In this document: piece after piece, positions 27,040 through 36,259 of the stretch | Layout of the letters: each line of letters starts with the position of its first letter | Position numbering within the stretch: position 1 is the stretch's first letter | Source: an uncultured Chloroflexia bacterium | Lineage (GTDB): Bacteria; Chloroflexota; Anaerolineae; Anaerolineales; E44-bin32 | Reading direction: 5' to 3' | DNA length: 64,000 nt | NCBI GenBank assembly: GCA_963783335.1 | Contig: CAWAND010000010.1 | Coordinates: forward strand, 1,397,990-1,461,989 | Notes under the pieces: model-generated | What the model saw: only the letters and a program-made list of their open reading frames with translations | Database searches by the model: none | What the model was told of the DNA's origin: nothing | Program-made: the position numbers and the translations under genes

Positions 27040-28020
27040 ATGCAAACCAATCTTCGTGGTCGCGATCTGATAAGCGACCTTGATTTCAGCCGGGAAGAGG
27101 TCGAAACTGTCCTCGACGTGGCATTTGACATGAAGCGCAAGCGGGCACTGGGCGAGCCGCATGCCTATCTGCGCGACAAGGTGCTGGCCATGCTGTTCTT
27201 CTTCAGCAGCACCCGCACGCGTGGGTCGTTCGAAGCCGGAATGGCACAACTGGGTGGCCACGCGGCGTTCATCGAATCGCGCACAACCCAGATTTCACAC
27301 GGTGATACCGAAAAGGAAATGGGCGAGATTTTCGGCCGCTATTTCGACGGCATCGCAATCCGGCACGTCGATTGGGGGATCGGCAACCGGTACCTCAATC
27401 TGGTGGCTGAGGCTTCACGAGTGCCTGTGCTCAATATGCAGTGCGAGTTCTACCATCCCCATCAGATCTTGGCCGATTTGATGACGATCATAGAGAAGAA
27501 GGGCCGCGATCTGCGCAAGAAGAAGATGGTTGTCTCTTGGGCATACGCTTCCTCGTACTTGAAGCCAATCTCCGTGCCCCAATCCCTGATCTTGCAGATG
27601 CCACGCTTTGGATTGGACATCACCCTGGCCCATCCTCCGGAGTTTAAACTGATGCCGGACATCATGGACCAGGCGCGAGAGCAGGCCAAACGATTTGGCA
27701 CCGGCTTTGATGTGACCGACAATATGGAAGAAGCCTTCAAAGATGCCGACGTGGTCTATGCCAAATCTTGGGGTCCGCTGCTTACAACGCAAGACACGGA
27801 GAAGGGCAAGGAGATTCAGGACCGCTACAAGGACTGGATCACTGACGAGAAGAAGATGGCGCTGGCGAAATCGGATGCCATCTACATGCACCCGCTGCCG
27901 GCGGATCGCAACGTCGAAGTCACCGATGGCGTGATCGATGGCCCACACAGCGTGGTGTTCGATGAGGCTGAGAACCGTTTGCATGCCCAGAAGGCCGTTA
28001 TGGCCTTGACGATGGCTTGA
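27040..28020 (+). CDS. Ornithine-carbamoyltransferase-family transcarbamylase, specificity unknown
   Basis: FFFSSTRTRGSFEAG, YHPHQILADL, MHPLPADRNVEVT, FDEAENRLHAQKAVM. The ornithine motif DxxxSMG reads DVVYAKSWG. AGGAGG at 27029-27034. In-frame starts at 27034, 27037 and 27040. Confidence 0.75.
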   Translation: MQTNLRGRDLISDLDFSREEVETVLDVAFDMKRKRALGEPHAYLRDKVLAMLFFFSSTRTRGSFEAGMAQLGGHAAFIESRTTQISHGDTEKEMGEIFGRYFDGIAIRHVDWGIGNRYLNLVAEASRVPVLNMQCEFYHPHQILADLMTIIEKKGRDLRKKKMVVSWAYASSYLKPISVPQSLILQMPRFGLDITLAHPPEFKLMPDIMDQAREQAKRFGTGFDVTDNMEEAFKDADVVYAKSWGPLLTTQDTEKGKEIQDRYKDWITDEKKMALAKSDAIYMHPLPADRNVEVTDGVIDGPHSVVFDEAENRLHAQKAVMALTMA

Positions 28021-28028
28021 GGAGACCC

Positions 28029-28989
28029 ATGGAACAATCAAACAACGAGCGGAAGCTGGCGGTGGTGGCCGTCGGGGGCAACTCCCTGATCAAGGATAAG
28101 GCCCACCAGACGATCCCGGATCAGTACGCTGCAGCCGGCGAATCCATGGCCCACTTGGCTGACATGATCGAAGCCGGCTGGGACGTGGTGATCACCCATG
28201 GGAACGGACCCCAAGTGGGCTTCATCCTGCGGCGTTCAGAACTGTCCATTGACGAGCTCCACCCTGTCCCGCTGGACTACTGCGGTGCGGATACGCAGGG
28301 AGCCATCGGTTACATGTTCCAGCGGGCGCTGCACAATGAGTTCAAGTCCCGTGGTCTGAACCGCCAGGCGGCGACTGTGGTCACTCAGGTGGAGGTCGAC
28401 CGAGAAGATCCGGCCTTCCAGAATCCGAGCAAGCCAATCGGCACCTTCATGGACGAGACGACTGCCAAGCAGCACGCGCGAGGATGAAGGTTGGGCGGTG
28501 GTGGAGGATTCTGGGCGCGGGTGGCGGCGGGTGGTCCCGTCGCCGAATCCCAAGCGGATCGTCGAGCGCGACGCCATCGAAACCCTAATCAAGGCAGGCT
28601 TCATCGTGGTCAGTGTGGGCGGTGGGGGAATCCCCGTTGTCGCTGACGAGGCTGGGGCATTGAAGGGGGTTGAAGCGGTCATCGACAAAGACTTCGCCTC
28701 CTCTCTTATGGCCTCGAGTATCGGCGCAGACTTGCTCCTGATCTCGACTGCCGTTGAACAGGTGGCGCTCAACTTCAACAAGCCAGACGAGAAGAAGCTG
28801 GACCGCATGACACTGGCGGAAGCCAAGACCTACCTGGCTGAAGGGCATTTCGCCAAAGGCAGCATGGAACCCAAGATACGAGCGGTCATCGGTTTCTTAG
28901 AGCGCGGAGGCAAGGAAGCCTTGATTACCGACCCGCCCAACATCCGGCGGGCTTTGCAGGGAGAAACTGGGACACGGATTGTCCCCTAG
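28029..28989 (+). pseudogene. arcC: Carbamate kinase, split (28017..28487 / 28498..28989) by a frameshift in the CG run at 28474-28482
   Basis: N-part KLAVVAVGGNSL..VVITHGNGPQVG..SKPIGTFMDETTAKQHARG*. The +1 frame continues EDEGWAVVEDSGRGWRRVVPSPNPKRIVE..VVSVGGGGIPVV..AVIDKD. The KPIG-to-GRGW distance matches the family if one base of CACGCGCGAGG is removed. Confidence 0.88.
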
Positions 28990-29088
28990 TCTGTTGTTTG
29001 GCTGAGCGAAAGGAGGCCCACGGCAAATCGATCTATGATCAATCGGAGTACGCCCAATCTTGATCTCTCGAACAAGGAGGAGCGATAA

Positions 29089-30384
29089 ATGAGTAGCACC
29101 ATGAAATGGCGAGTCCTCGGAGGGCTGATGATCGCTGCCATGCTGGTGGCGGCCTGCGGCCCGGCGGCGACGCCGACCCAGGCGCCACCTCCAGCAACGA
29201 CGTCGTCGGAAGCCACGATGGCACCGGAAGCCACGATGGCATCTGAGGCCACGTCGGCCCCCGCTGCCAAGGCGCCTGTGCTCGGTCTGCTGATGGTCGG
29301 CCCTTACAACGACCACGGCTGGAGCCAAGCGCATTACGATGGCGCGCAGTACGTGGCCGACAACTTGCCCGGGTTTGACTTTGTCTATATCGACAAGGCA
29401 AACTCGGCGGACCGCCCCGGCACGACGCCGGCTCAGCTGGCTGAGAGCCTGCTCTCCCAGGGCGCCACAGTCATCGACTTCAGTTCGGATGACATGAAGG
29501 ACAGCGCCAACGAGTTCGCTCAGGCCCACCCCGACGTCCCCGTGATCATGGCTTCTGGTGACCAGGCTTGGAAGGATGGCAAGGACTTCCAAGACCTTCC
29601 GAACATGACCAACACCATGGGCAAGATGATCTACGGCAAGATGATCGCAGGCTGCGCTGCTGCTCTGACCACGCAAACGGGCCAGATCGGCTACCTCGGT
29701 CCCCTGATCAACGATGAGACGCGCCGCTTGGCGTCTTCCGTCTATCTGGGCGCCAAGTACTGCTGGACCAACTACATGAACAAGGACGCAGCTGACCTGC
29801 AGTTCAAGGTCACGTGGATCGGCTTTTGGTTCAATATCCCTGGCGTGACGTCCGACCCCACGCAGGTGGCGGATGACTTCTTCAACAGCGGCTACGATGT
29901 GGTGGTGTCGGGCATCGACACGACCGAAGCGTTGGTGGAAGCCAACAAGTTCGCCGGCCAGGGGAAGAATGTCTGGGCAGTCTCATACGACTACAAAGAC
30001 GGCTGCGCCGAAGCCCCCAGCGTCTGCTTGGGTGTCCCGTACTTCAACTGGGGCCCGAGCTATCTGAGTATTATCAAGTCGATCCAGGATGGGTCGTTCA
30101 AGCCAAGCTTTACTTGGACCGCACCTGATTGGGCCGACATCAACAACCCAGACACCTCGGCCGTTGGCTTTGCCAAGGGCGAGGGTTTGAGCTCCGATGC
30201 GTCCGCTTCTCTGGACAAGTTCATCGGCGAGCTGGGATCGGGTCTGGATCTGTGGACCGGCCCGATCAACCTGCAGGACGGCACGGCCTATCTCCAGGAC
30301 GGTGAGAAGGCCACCGATCAGCAGATCTGGTACCTGCCTCAGCTCTTGGAGGGCATGCAAGGCCAGAGCGTCCCGTCGAACTAG
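29089..30384 (+). CDS. BMP-family (PnrA-like) ABC substrate-binding lipoprotein, probable nucleoside/purine binder
   Basis: 431 aa. Lipobox LVAAC, Thr/Ala/Pro linker, then a BMP-type body (LLMVGPYNDHGWSQAHYDG..GYLGPLINDETRR..WNYGP-like FNWGPSY). Confidence 0.8.
   Translation: MSSTMKWRVLGGLMIAAMLVAACGPAATPTQAPPPATTSSEATMAPEATMASEATSAPAAKAPVLGLLMVGPYNDHGWSQAHYDGAQYVADNLPGFDFVYIDKANSADRPGTTPAQLAESLLSQGATVIDFSSDDMKDSANEFAQAHPDVPVIMASGDQAWKDGKDFQDLPNMTNTMGKMIYGKMIAGCAAALTTQTGQIGYLGPLINDETRRLASSVYLGAKYCWTNYMNKDAADLQFKVTWIGFWFNIPGVTSDPTQVADDFFNSGYDVVVSGIDTTEALVEANKFAGQGKNVWAVSYDYKDGCAEAPSVCLGVPYFNWGPSYLSIIKSIQDGSFKPSFTWTAPDWADINNPDTSAVGFAKGEGLSSDASASLDKFIGELGSGLDLWTGPINLQDGTAYLQDGEKATDQQIWYLPQLLEGMQGQSVPSN
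29209..29253 (+). repeat. 18-nt coding tandem repeat (2.5 copies) in the lipoprotein linker
   Basis: GAAGCCACGATGGCACCG / GAAGCCACGATGGCATCT / GAGGCCACG encoding EATMAP-EATMAS-EAT. Confidence 0.9.
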
Positions 30385-30403
30385 ACGGACGGATGAACCG
30401 CCA

Positions 30404-30435
30404 GGGGGTGGGCCGGCCTTCGGCCGCCCACCCCC
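30404..30435 (+). other. GC-rich intercistronic hairpin after the binding-protein gene
   Basis: GGGGGTGGGCCGGCC-TT-CGGCCGCCCACCCCC (about 14 bp, one bulged C), no U-tract. Lies between the SBP stop (30384) and the ATPase start (30454). Confidence 0.6.
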
Positions 30436-30453
30436 TCTCCCCTTGGGGCAATC

Positions 30454-31944
30454 ATGAAAGTCGAATTGCGAGATATCCATAAGTCCTTCGGGCCGGTCCA
30501 TGCCAATGATGGGATCACCCTGGATATCCCAGCGGGGACAATCCAGGGCCTGCTTGGAGAAAACGGCGCTGGAAAGAGCACCTTAATGAAGTCTCTTTCC
30601 GGCTTCATGGAACCGGACAGCGGGCAGATCTTGCTGGACGGGAAGCCGGTCAGCATGAAATCTCCTGCCGACGCCATCGCCCACGGCGTCGGCATGCTTC
30701 ACCAGGATCCTCTTGATTTTCCTCCTATGCGGGTGATCGACAATTTCCTCATCGGGGGTGATCCGTCACTGTTGCCGAAGCGTGGCAAGGCGCGTCGAGC
30801 GCTCCGTGAACTGGGAAATCAGTTTGGTTTCTCGCTGGATCCAAATGCCTACGTGGACACCTTGACCGTCGGCGAACGGCAGCAGCTTGAAATCCTGCGC
30901 CTTCTTTGGCTCGGGGTTCGGGCGATGATCCTCGACGAGCCGACGACCGGGATCAGTGCACCTCAGCGTGAAAAGCTGTTCAAGACTCTCAAGCGCCTGG
31001 CGGAAGAAGGCCGAACGATCATTTTCGTCTCCCACAAGTTGGAAGAGGTTGAGGATCTCTGCCACCGTGTGGCCGTCTTGCGCGAGGGGCGGCTTGTAGG
31101 CGAGGCGGAGGCGCCGTACACAACTTCCAAATTGGTGGGCATGATGTTTGGCAAAGAGGTCGCCCTGATCCCACGCACGCCGAGCTACGGCGAGACACCG
31201 GTACTGCAACTTCAGGGGGTATCTATCGAAGACCCGCGGCTGAGTATTGAGGATGTCAATCTGGACGTCCGCGAAGGGGAAGTGATCGGCCTAGCGGGCA
31301 TGGAGGGGAGCGGTCAGCGACTGTTCCTGCAAACTTGTGCCGGGCTTGTGCGCCCGGTCGCCGGTAGGATCTTGCTGGACGGCGATGACATGGCCGGGCG
31401 GCACTACCATGACTTCAAATCGAAGGGCTGTGCCTTTATGCCGGCCTCGCGTTTGGAAGAGGGCCTGATCCCCGGCATGACCCTCACTGAGCACTTCATT
31501 TTGACGCGCCCCGCCAAGGGGCTCTTTGTCAACTGGGAGAAGGGGCGCGCCAGCGCGCGGGAAGGGATAGCGGAATTCTCGGTGCGAGGTGAACCGTATT
31601 CGACGGTTAAGTCGCTGTCGGGAGGCAATCAGCAGCGTGCCCTGCTTGCTTTGTTGACATCGAACCTCCGATTGCTGCTGATGGAGCAGCCGACTCGCGG
31701 GCTGGACATGGAGTCGGCGATCTTCACCTGGGAGAAGCTGAAGGAGCGCTGTCAGGAGGGAACGGCTGTGGTGTTTGTGTCATCCGATCTAGAAGAGCTC
31801 CTGCACTACAGTGACCGGGTGCTGGTATTTTTCGCGGGCAAGGTCTCTCAGCCCCTCGAATCTCGGGATGTCAGCGTCGAGCGTTTGGGGGAGCTCATTG
31901 GAGGCATAGGGCTGGACCAGCCCAATGGGGCGCATGATGAATAA
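30454..31944 (+). CDS. ABC transporter ATP-binding protein (duplicated ATPase, CUT2/nucleoside type)
   Basis: 496 aa. Walker A GENGAGKST, signature LTVGERQQLEI, Walker B MILDEPT, and a degenerate second cassette (LSGGNQQR, LLLMEQPTRGLD). Confidence 0.9.
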   Translation: MKVELRDIHKSFGPVHANDGITLDIPAGTIQGLLGENGAGKSTLMKSLSGFMEPDSGQILLDGKPVSMKSPADAIAHGVGMLHQDPLDFPPMRVIDNFLIGGDPSLLPKRGKARRALRELGNQFGFSLDPNAYVDTLTVGERQQLEILRLLWLGVRAMILDEPTTGISAPQREKLFKTLKRLAEEGRTIIFVSHKLEEVEDLCHRVAVLREGRLVGEAEAPYTTSKLVGMMFGKEVALIPRTPSYGETPVLQLQGVSIEDPRLSIEDVNLDVREGEVIGLAGMEGSGQRLFLQTCAGLVRPVAGRILLDGDDMAGRHYHDFKSKGCAFMPASRLEEGLIPGMTLTEHFILTRPAKGLFVNWEKGRASAREGIAEFSVRGEPYSTVKSLSGGNQQRALLALLTSNLRLLLMEQPTRGLDMESAIFTWEKLKERCQEGTAVVFVSSDLEELLHYSDRVLVFFAGKVSQPLESRDVSVERLGELIGGIGLDQPNGAHDE

Positions 31945-32995
31945 TCAAAGTTCACGCTGGTTTGACCTTAGCTTCAGATTTGGGGCTGTCATCCTGGCCT
32001 TTGTGTTTACTGTGGCAGTTCTCATCTTTTCCGGAGCCCCTCCGCTCGAGGCGTTTGGCCAACTGGCACTTGGTGCGTTTGGGTCGGTTGAGAACTTCGC
32101 CAACGTGATGGTCGCCTGGGTGCCTCTGCTCCTGGCAACAGCCGGGCTGCTGGTGACATTCGCCGCCGGGCTTTGGAACATCGGCATGGAGGGCCAGATC
32201 ACGCTGGGGGCCATTTTCGCCACGGGGGTGCTGCGCATGATGCAAGACAGCGGCCTCCCCCCGATGGTTATGATCTTGGTCGCCATCTTGGCGGGTGCGA
32301 TCGGAGGCGCGCTGTGGGCTGGCCTTGCCGGTGCTTTGAAAACATTCGGTGGCGTGAATGAAATCTTCGGCGGGCTTGGCCTCGACTTCGTCGCCACGGC
32401 CATCACCCTGTGGCTGATTTTCGGGCCATGGAAGCGGCCGGGGATCGGCTCGATGAGCGGCACGGTGCCGTTCCCGCGAGAGATGTGGATGCCGATGCTG
32501 CCCCATCTGCGCTTGAGCCTGTGGGCATTGATCATCGGCATCTTGGGAACGATCGCCGTCTATTTCCTCTTGCAGGGCACCTACTTTGGACTCCGCCTCA
32601 AAGCGGTCGGCCGTAACAGACGAGCGGCCAATCTGGCGGGCATCCCAACCTCTACATACATGATGAACGCGTTCCTGATTTGCGGTCTGTTCGCGGGTGT
32701 GGCGGGAGCAATTCAGGTGACTTCCGTCTATCATCGGCTGATCCCATCGATTTCGAGCAACTATGGATGGTTGGGGCTGTTGGTGGCCATGCTGATCAAT
32801 TACCAGCCTGTGTGGGCGGCACCGGTGTCCTTATTCTTCGCCGCGCTCAACATTGGGAGCATCCAGCTTCCCATTGTCCTCAAACTGGACTCTTCCCTGT
32901 CTGGCGTTCTTCAGGGCGCCCTGGTGCTCGCGTTTCTGATGATGGAAGGCGCCCGGCGCAAACTTACCAGAGGGCAAGGGGAGACGCAGTCATGA
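31925..32995 (+). CDS. ABC transporter permease 1
   Basis: 356 aa, about 9 TM helices, overlaps the ATPase stop. Alternative in-frame ATGs at 31934 and 31937. Confidence 0.85.
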   Translation: MGRMMNNQSSRWFDLSFRFGAVILAFVFTVAVLIFSGAPPLEAFGQLALGAFGSVENFANVMVAWVPLLLATAGLLVTFAAGLWNIGMEGQITLGAIFATGVLRMMQDSGLPPMVMILVAILAGAIGGALWAGLAGALKTFGGVNEIFGGLGLDFVATAITLWLIFGPWKRPGIGSMSGTVPFPREMWMPMLPHLRLSLWALIIGILGTIAVYFLLQGTYFGLRLKAVGRNRRAANLAGIPTSTYMMNAFLICGLFAGVAGAIQVTSVYHRLIPSISSNYGWLGLLVAMLINYQPVWAAPVSLFFAALNIGSIQLPIVLKLDSSLSGVLQGALVLAFLMMEGARRKLTRGQGETQS

Positions 32996-33990
32996 CCACA
33001 GCCGCCATTCTTACCGGCCTGGCCGGCGTCCTGGCTTCGGCCGCCCCGATCGTGTTCGCCACCATCGGTGAGACGCTCACCGAACGGGCCGGTGTTATCA
33101 ACCTGTCTGTCAACGGAACCATTGTGTTTTCCGCCATGACGTCCTTCGCTGTGGCCGTGACCACCGACAGCATCTGGTTGGGCTTTTTAGCCGGCATGCT
33201 GACCGGAGCCCTGGTGGCACTGGTTCTGGCCTTCACGAGCCTGACCCTCAAGCAATCGCAGGTTGCCGTGGGCTATGTTCTGGCGTTGATGACCCTGAGC
33301 CTGGCATACTTCCTCGGCAACCCATTTGTCGGGATACAAGGACCAAGAGTGCCCTCCCTGCCCATACCCCTCCTGAGCGGAATTCCAATCGTCGGCCCCC
33401 TGTTCTTCAATCAAAACGCCCTTGTCTACATCAGCTTTGTGCTGATCTTCGCCGCCTGGTTCTGGGTGTTTCGAACGAGACCGGGGTTGATGCTCCGCGG
33501 CATTGGTGAACGGCCAGCGGCGGCCTTTGTGCGCGGCGCCAATGTCCCACTGATGCGCTACACATACACCATGATCGGTGGTGCGCTGGTCGGCCTGGCG
33601 GGTCCGACATTCTCGCTCAGCGTCAAGGCCGGCTGGAAGGGGACCATCAGCGGGCTGGATGGCTTCGGTTGGATCGCGTTGGCCCTGGTGATCTTTGGGG
33701 GCTGGGATCCCATCCGGGGTGCCGTTGGCGCGTATCTGTTTGGGCTGCTTCAATGGCTGGGTGTGGTGCTGCAACCGAGTCTGCCCAACGTGCCTTCCCA
33801 AGTGCTGCAGGTGGCACCATTCCCGCTCATGATCTTGACGCTGTTGCTGGTCAATATCGGCAACGCCGACTGGGTCGATCGCACGTTGGCTGGATTGCCG
33901 CCGGATGCCAGGCGAGTCGCAGCCAGTGTCCTGCGCTCGATGCGCGTTTCGCCTCCGGCTGCGCTGGGTACAACTTTCGAGAAGGATTGA
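32992..33990 (+). CDS. ABC transporter permease 2
   Basis: ATGA overlap with permease 1. MTTAAILTGLAGVLASAAPIVFATIGETLTERAGVINL. The tracked ORF 32680..33990 has a spurious 104-codon N-extension. Confidence 0.85.
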   Translation: MTTAAILTGLAGVLASAAPIVFATIGETLTERAGVINLSVNGTIVFSAMTSFAVAVTTDSIWLGFLAGMLTGALVALVLAFTSLTLKQSQVAVGYVLALMTLSLAYFLGNPFVGIQGPRVPSLPIPLLSGIPIVGPLFFNQNALVYISFVLIFAAWFWVFRTRPGLMLRGIGERPAAAFVRGANVPLMRYTYTMIGGALVGLAGPTFSLSVKAGWKGTISGLDGFGWIALALVIFGGWDPIRGAVGAYLFGLLQWLGVVLQPSLPNVPSQVLQVAPFPLMILTLLLVNIGNADWVDRTLAGLPPDARRVAASVLRSMRVSPPAALGTTFEKD

Positions 33991-33998
33991 ATCTGAAA

Positions 33999-35267
33999 AT
34001 GGCTTTTGAAGCTGGTTACCGCTGCTCAGAATGCGGCCGAGAGTACTCATTTGCTGAACCGATATACACCTGCCCCGAGGACGGGGCTAATCTGGACATT
34101 GTGTTCGACTATCAGGCGCTGGGTCATTCCACGACCCCGGCTTCAATCGGAGAGTCTGCTGAGGCCTCCATCTGGCGCTATCTGCCTCTGCTGCCCGTCT
34201 CCGCTCCGGGTCATTTCGGGACCGCGCTGCGTGCCGTCGGTATGACCCCGCTTTTGGGACCGCCGGCGCTTCGGCAAGCCCTCGACCTGCCCGACCTATG
34301 GGTCAAGGATGATGGCCGCAACCCCACGGCTTCGTTCAAGGATCGTGCCAGTGCTGTAGTGGTGCGCAGGGCGGAGGAAATCAAGGCGTCGATCGTAGTG
34401 ACCGCCTCGACGGGCAACGCTGGTGCTGCACTGGCGGGGATGGGGGCGGCGGCTGGCATGCCGACCGTCATCCTGGCGCCAAAGACGGCCCCGCGAGCTA
34501 AGGTCGCCCAGCTGCTGATGTTCGGCGCCCGGGTCATCTTGGTGGACGGCACCTACGATGATGCCTTCGATCTCTCCGTTCAGGCGTCAAACACCTTCGG
34601 CTGGTACTGCCGCAATACTGGCTACAATCCATTCACGGCCGAGGGAAAGAAGACGGCCGCCTTCGAGATCTGCGAGCAGCTCGGTCGAGCCTCCAACTCG
34701 TCCAGCCGAGCAACCTGGAAGGCGCCCGACGTGGTGTTTGTCTCTGTGGGGGATGGCAACATCATCAGTGGGCTGCACAAGGGCTTTGTGGATTTGCTTG
34801 CCCTTGGGTGGATTTCAAAGGTCCCCCGACTGATTGGGGTTCAGGCGAAAGGCTCATCGGCCATCTACAATGCATTCGCCAGCGGATCGGACAAGATTCA
34901 ACCGGTGAAAGCAGATACCTTGGCCGACAGCATCTCTGTCGATTTGCCGCGAGACGGGCAGCGTGCGTTGCGCGCCGCTCGCCAGTCCGGCGGGGCCTAT
35001 GTCCAGGTCGAAGATGACGACATCCTGGCCGCCATGCGCCAACTGGGACGCCAGGCGGCTGTCTTCGCTGAGCCCGCCGGCGCCACGGCCCAGGCCGGGC
35101 TGCTCCAGGCGCTGGACGCCGGACTGGTCACGCCGGAGGAGCAGATTGTCGTGATGGTCACGGGCAGTGGCCTGAAGGATGTGGACGCTGCCATGCAGGC
35201 CACCGGCGAGGCGCAGGTGATCGAACCCAACCTTGATGCCCTGTCGGAGGTGGTGGAGCGCTCATGA
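33999..35267 (+). CDS. Threonine-synthase-like fold-type-II PLP enzyme with N-terminal Cys-rich ribbon
   Basis: ATG 33999 inside tracked ORF 33669..35267, 8 nt after the permease stop. YRCSECGREY..TCPEDG, PLP lysine in NPTASFKDRAS, GNAGAALA, glycine loop VSVGDGNI. Confidence 0.7.
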   Translation: MAFEAGYRCSECGREYSFAEPIYTCPEDGANLDIVFDYQALGHSTTPASIGESAEASIWRYLPLLPVSAPGHFGTALRAVGMTPLLGPPALRQALDLPDLWVKDDGRNPTASFKDRASAVVVRRAEEIKASIVVTASTGNAGAALAGMGAAAGMPTVILAPKTAPRAKVAQLLMFGARVILVDGTYDDAFDLSVQASNTFGWYCRNTGYNPFTAEGKKTAAFEICEQLGRASNSSSRATWKAPDVVFVSVGDGNIISGLHKGFVDLLALGWISKVPRLIGVQAKGSSAIYNAFASGSDKIQPVKADTLADSISVDLPRDGQRALRAARQSGGAYVQVEDDDILAAMRQLGRQAAVFAEPAGATAQAGLLQALDAGLVTPEEQIVVMVTGSGLKDVDAAMQATGEAQVIEPNLDALSEVVERS

Positions 35268-35283
35268 GAGACGTGCCCAACCC

Positions 35284-36252
35284 ATGATTGATCAGAGAAG
35301 TACGACCTTCTCGATCATCGCTCCTGTCTTCAATGAAGCCAACTCGGTGGACACACTCCATCAGAGGGTTGAGGCCGTAATGGAGGGGTTGGGTGAGCCA
35401 TGGGAGCTTCTATTGGTGGACGATGGGTCGCGCGACGGCTCCCGGGAGCGGATTCTCCAACTCGCCCAGGAAGATCGCCACGTGCGTCCGATCATCTTCT
35501 CGCGCAACTTCGGCCACCAGATCGCCGTGACAGCCGGACTTGACTACAGTCTCGGTGAGGCGGTCGTGATCATCGATGCAGACCTCCAGGATCCGCCCGA
35601 GGTGATTCCGGAGCTGGTCGAAAAATGGCGTGAGGGGTTTGAGGTTGTCTACGCCGTCCGCGCCGAACGCAAGGGCGAGACGTGGTTCAAACGTGCAACG
35701 GCTTCGTTGTTCTACCGCCTGATCTACCGGATCACCGACGTCGAGATACCTGTGGACACGGGCGACTTTCGCCTGATCGACCGCAAGGTGGTCGATGCGC
35801 TGAAGCAAATGAAGGAACGCCATCGGTTTCTCCGGGGCATGGCGGCGTGGGTTGGCTTTCGTCAAATCGGCGTCCCGTACACGCGCCAGGCCCGCACGGC
35901 GGGCGAGACCAAATACACTCTTGGTAAGATGGTCCGCTTCGCATTGAACGCCGTCACCGGCTTTTCGTACTTCCCTCTGCAAATTGCCACCTACCTGGGT
36001 TTCGTCAGCGCAGGAATCAGCGCCGTCGCAATTCCAGTGGTGATCGTCCTGCGCCTGATGGGCAATCAGGCCTTCTTCGGACAGGCCTCAACGCTGCTGG
36101 CGGTGCTTTTCCTGGGCGGAGTTCAACTGATCTCCCTCGGTATTCTCGGTGAATACATCGGTCGCCTGTACGACGAAGCCAAGGGGCGGCCGCTCTACAT
36201 CATCAGCCACGGGCCCGAAAACGGGCCACAAAATCCCATATCACAGGAGTAG
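35284..36252 (+). CDS. Family-2 glycosyltransferase (polyprenyl-phosphate glycosyltransferase type) with two C-terminal TM helices
   Basis: FSIIAPVFNEANS..LLVDDGSRDGS..VIIDADLQDPPE (DxD) ..FRLIDRKV. ATG 35284 inside tracked ORF 35233..36252. Confidence 0.8.
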   Translation: MIDQRSTTFSIIAPVFNEANSVDTLHQRVEAVMEGLGEPWELLLVDDGSRDGSRERILQLAQEDRHVRPIIFSRNFGHQIAVTAGLDYSLGEAVVIIDADLQDPPEVIPELVEKWREGFEVVYAVRAERKGETWFKRATASLFYRLIYRITDVEIPVDTGDFRLIDRKVVDALKQMKERHRFLRGMAAWVGFRQIGVPYTRQARTAGETKYTLGKMVRFALNAVTGFSYFPLQIATYLGFVSAGISAVAIPVVIVLRLMGNQAFFGQASTLLAVLFLGGVQLISLGILGEYIGRLYDEAKGRPLYIISHGPENGPQNPISQE

Positions 36253-36259
36253 TACTCGA

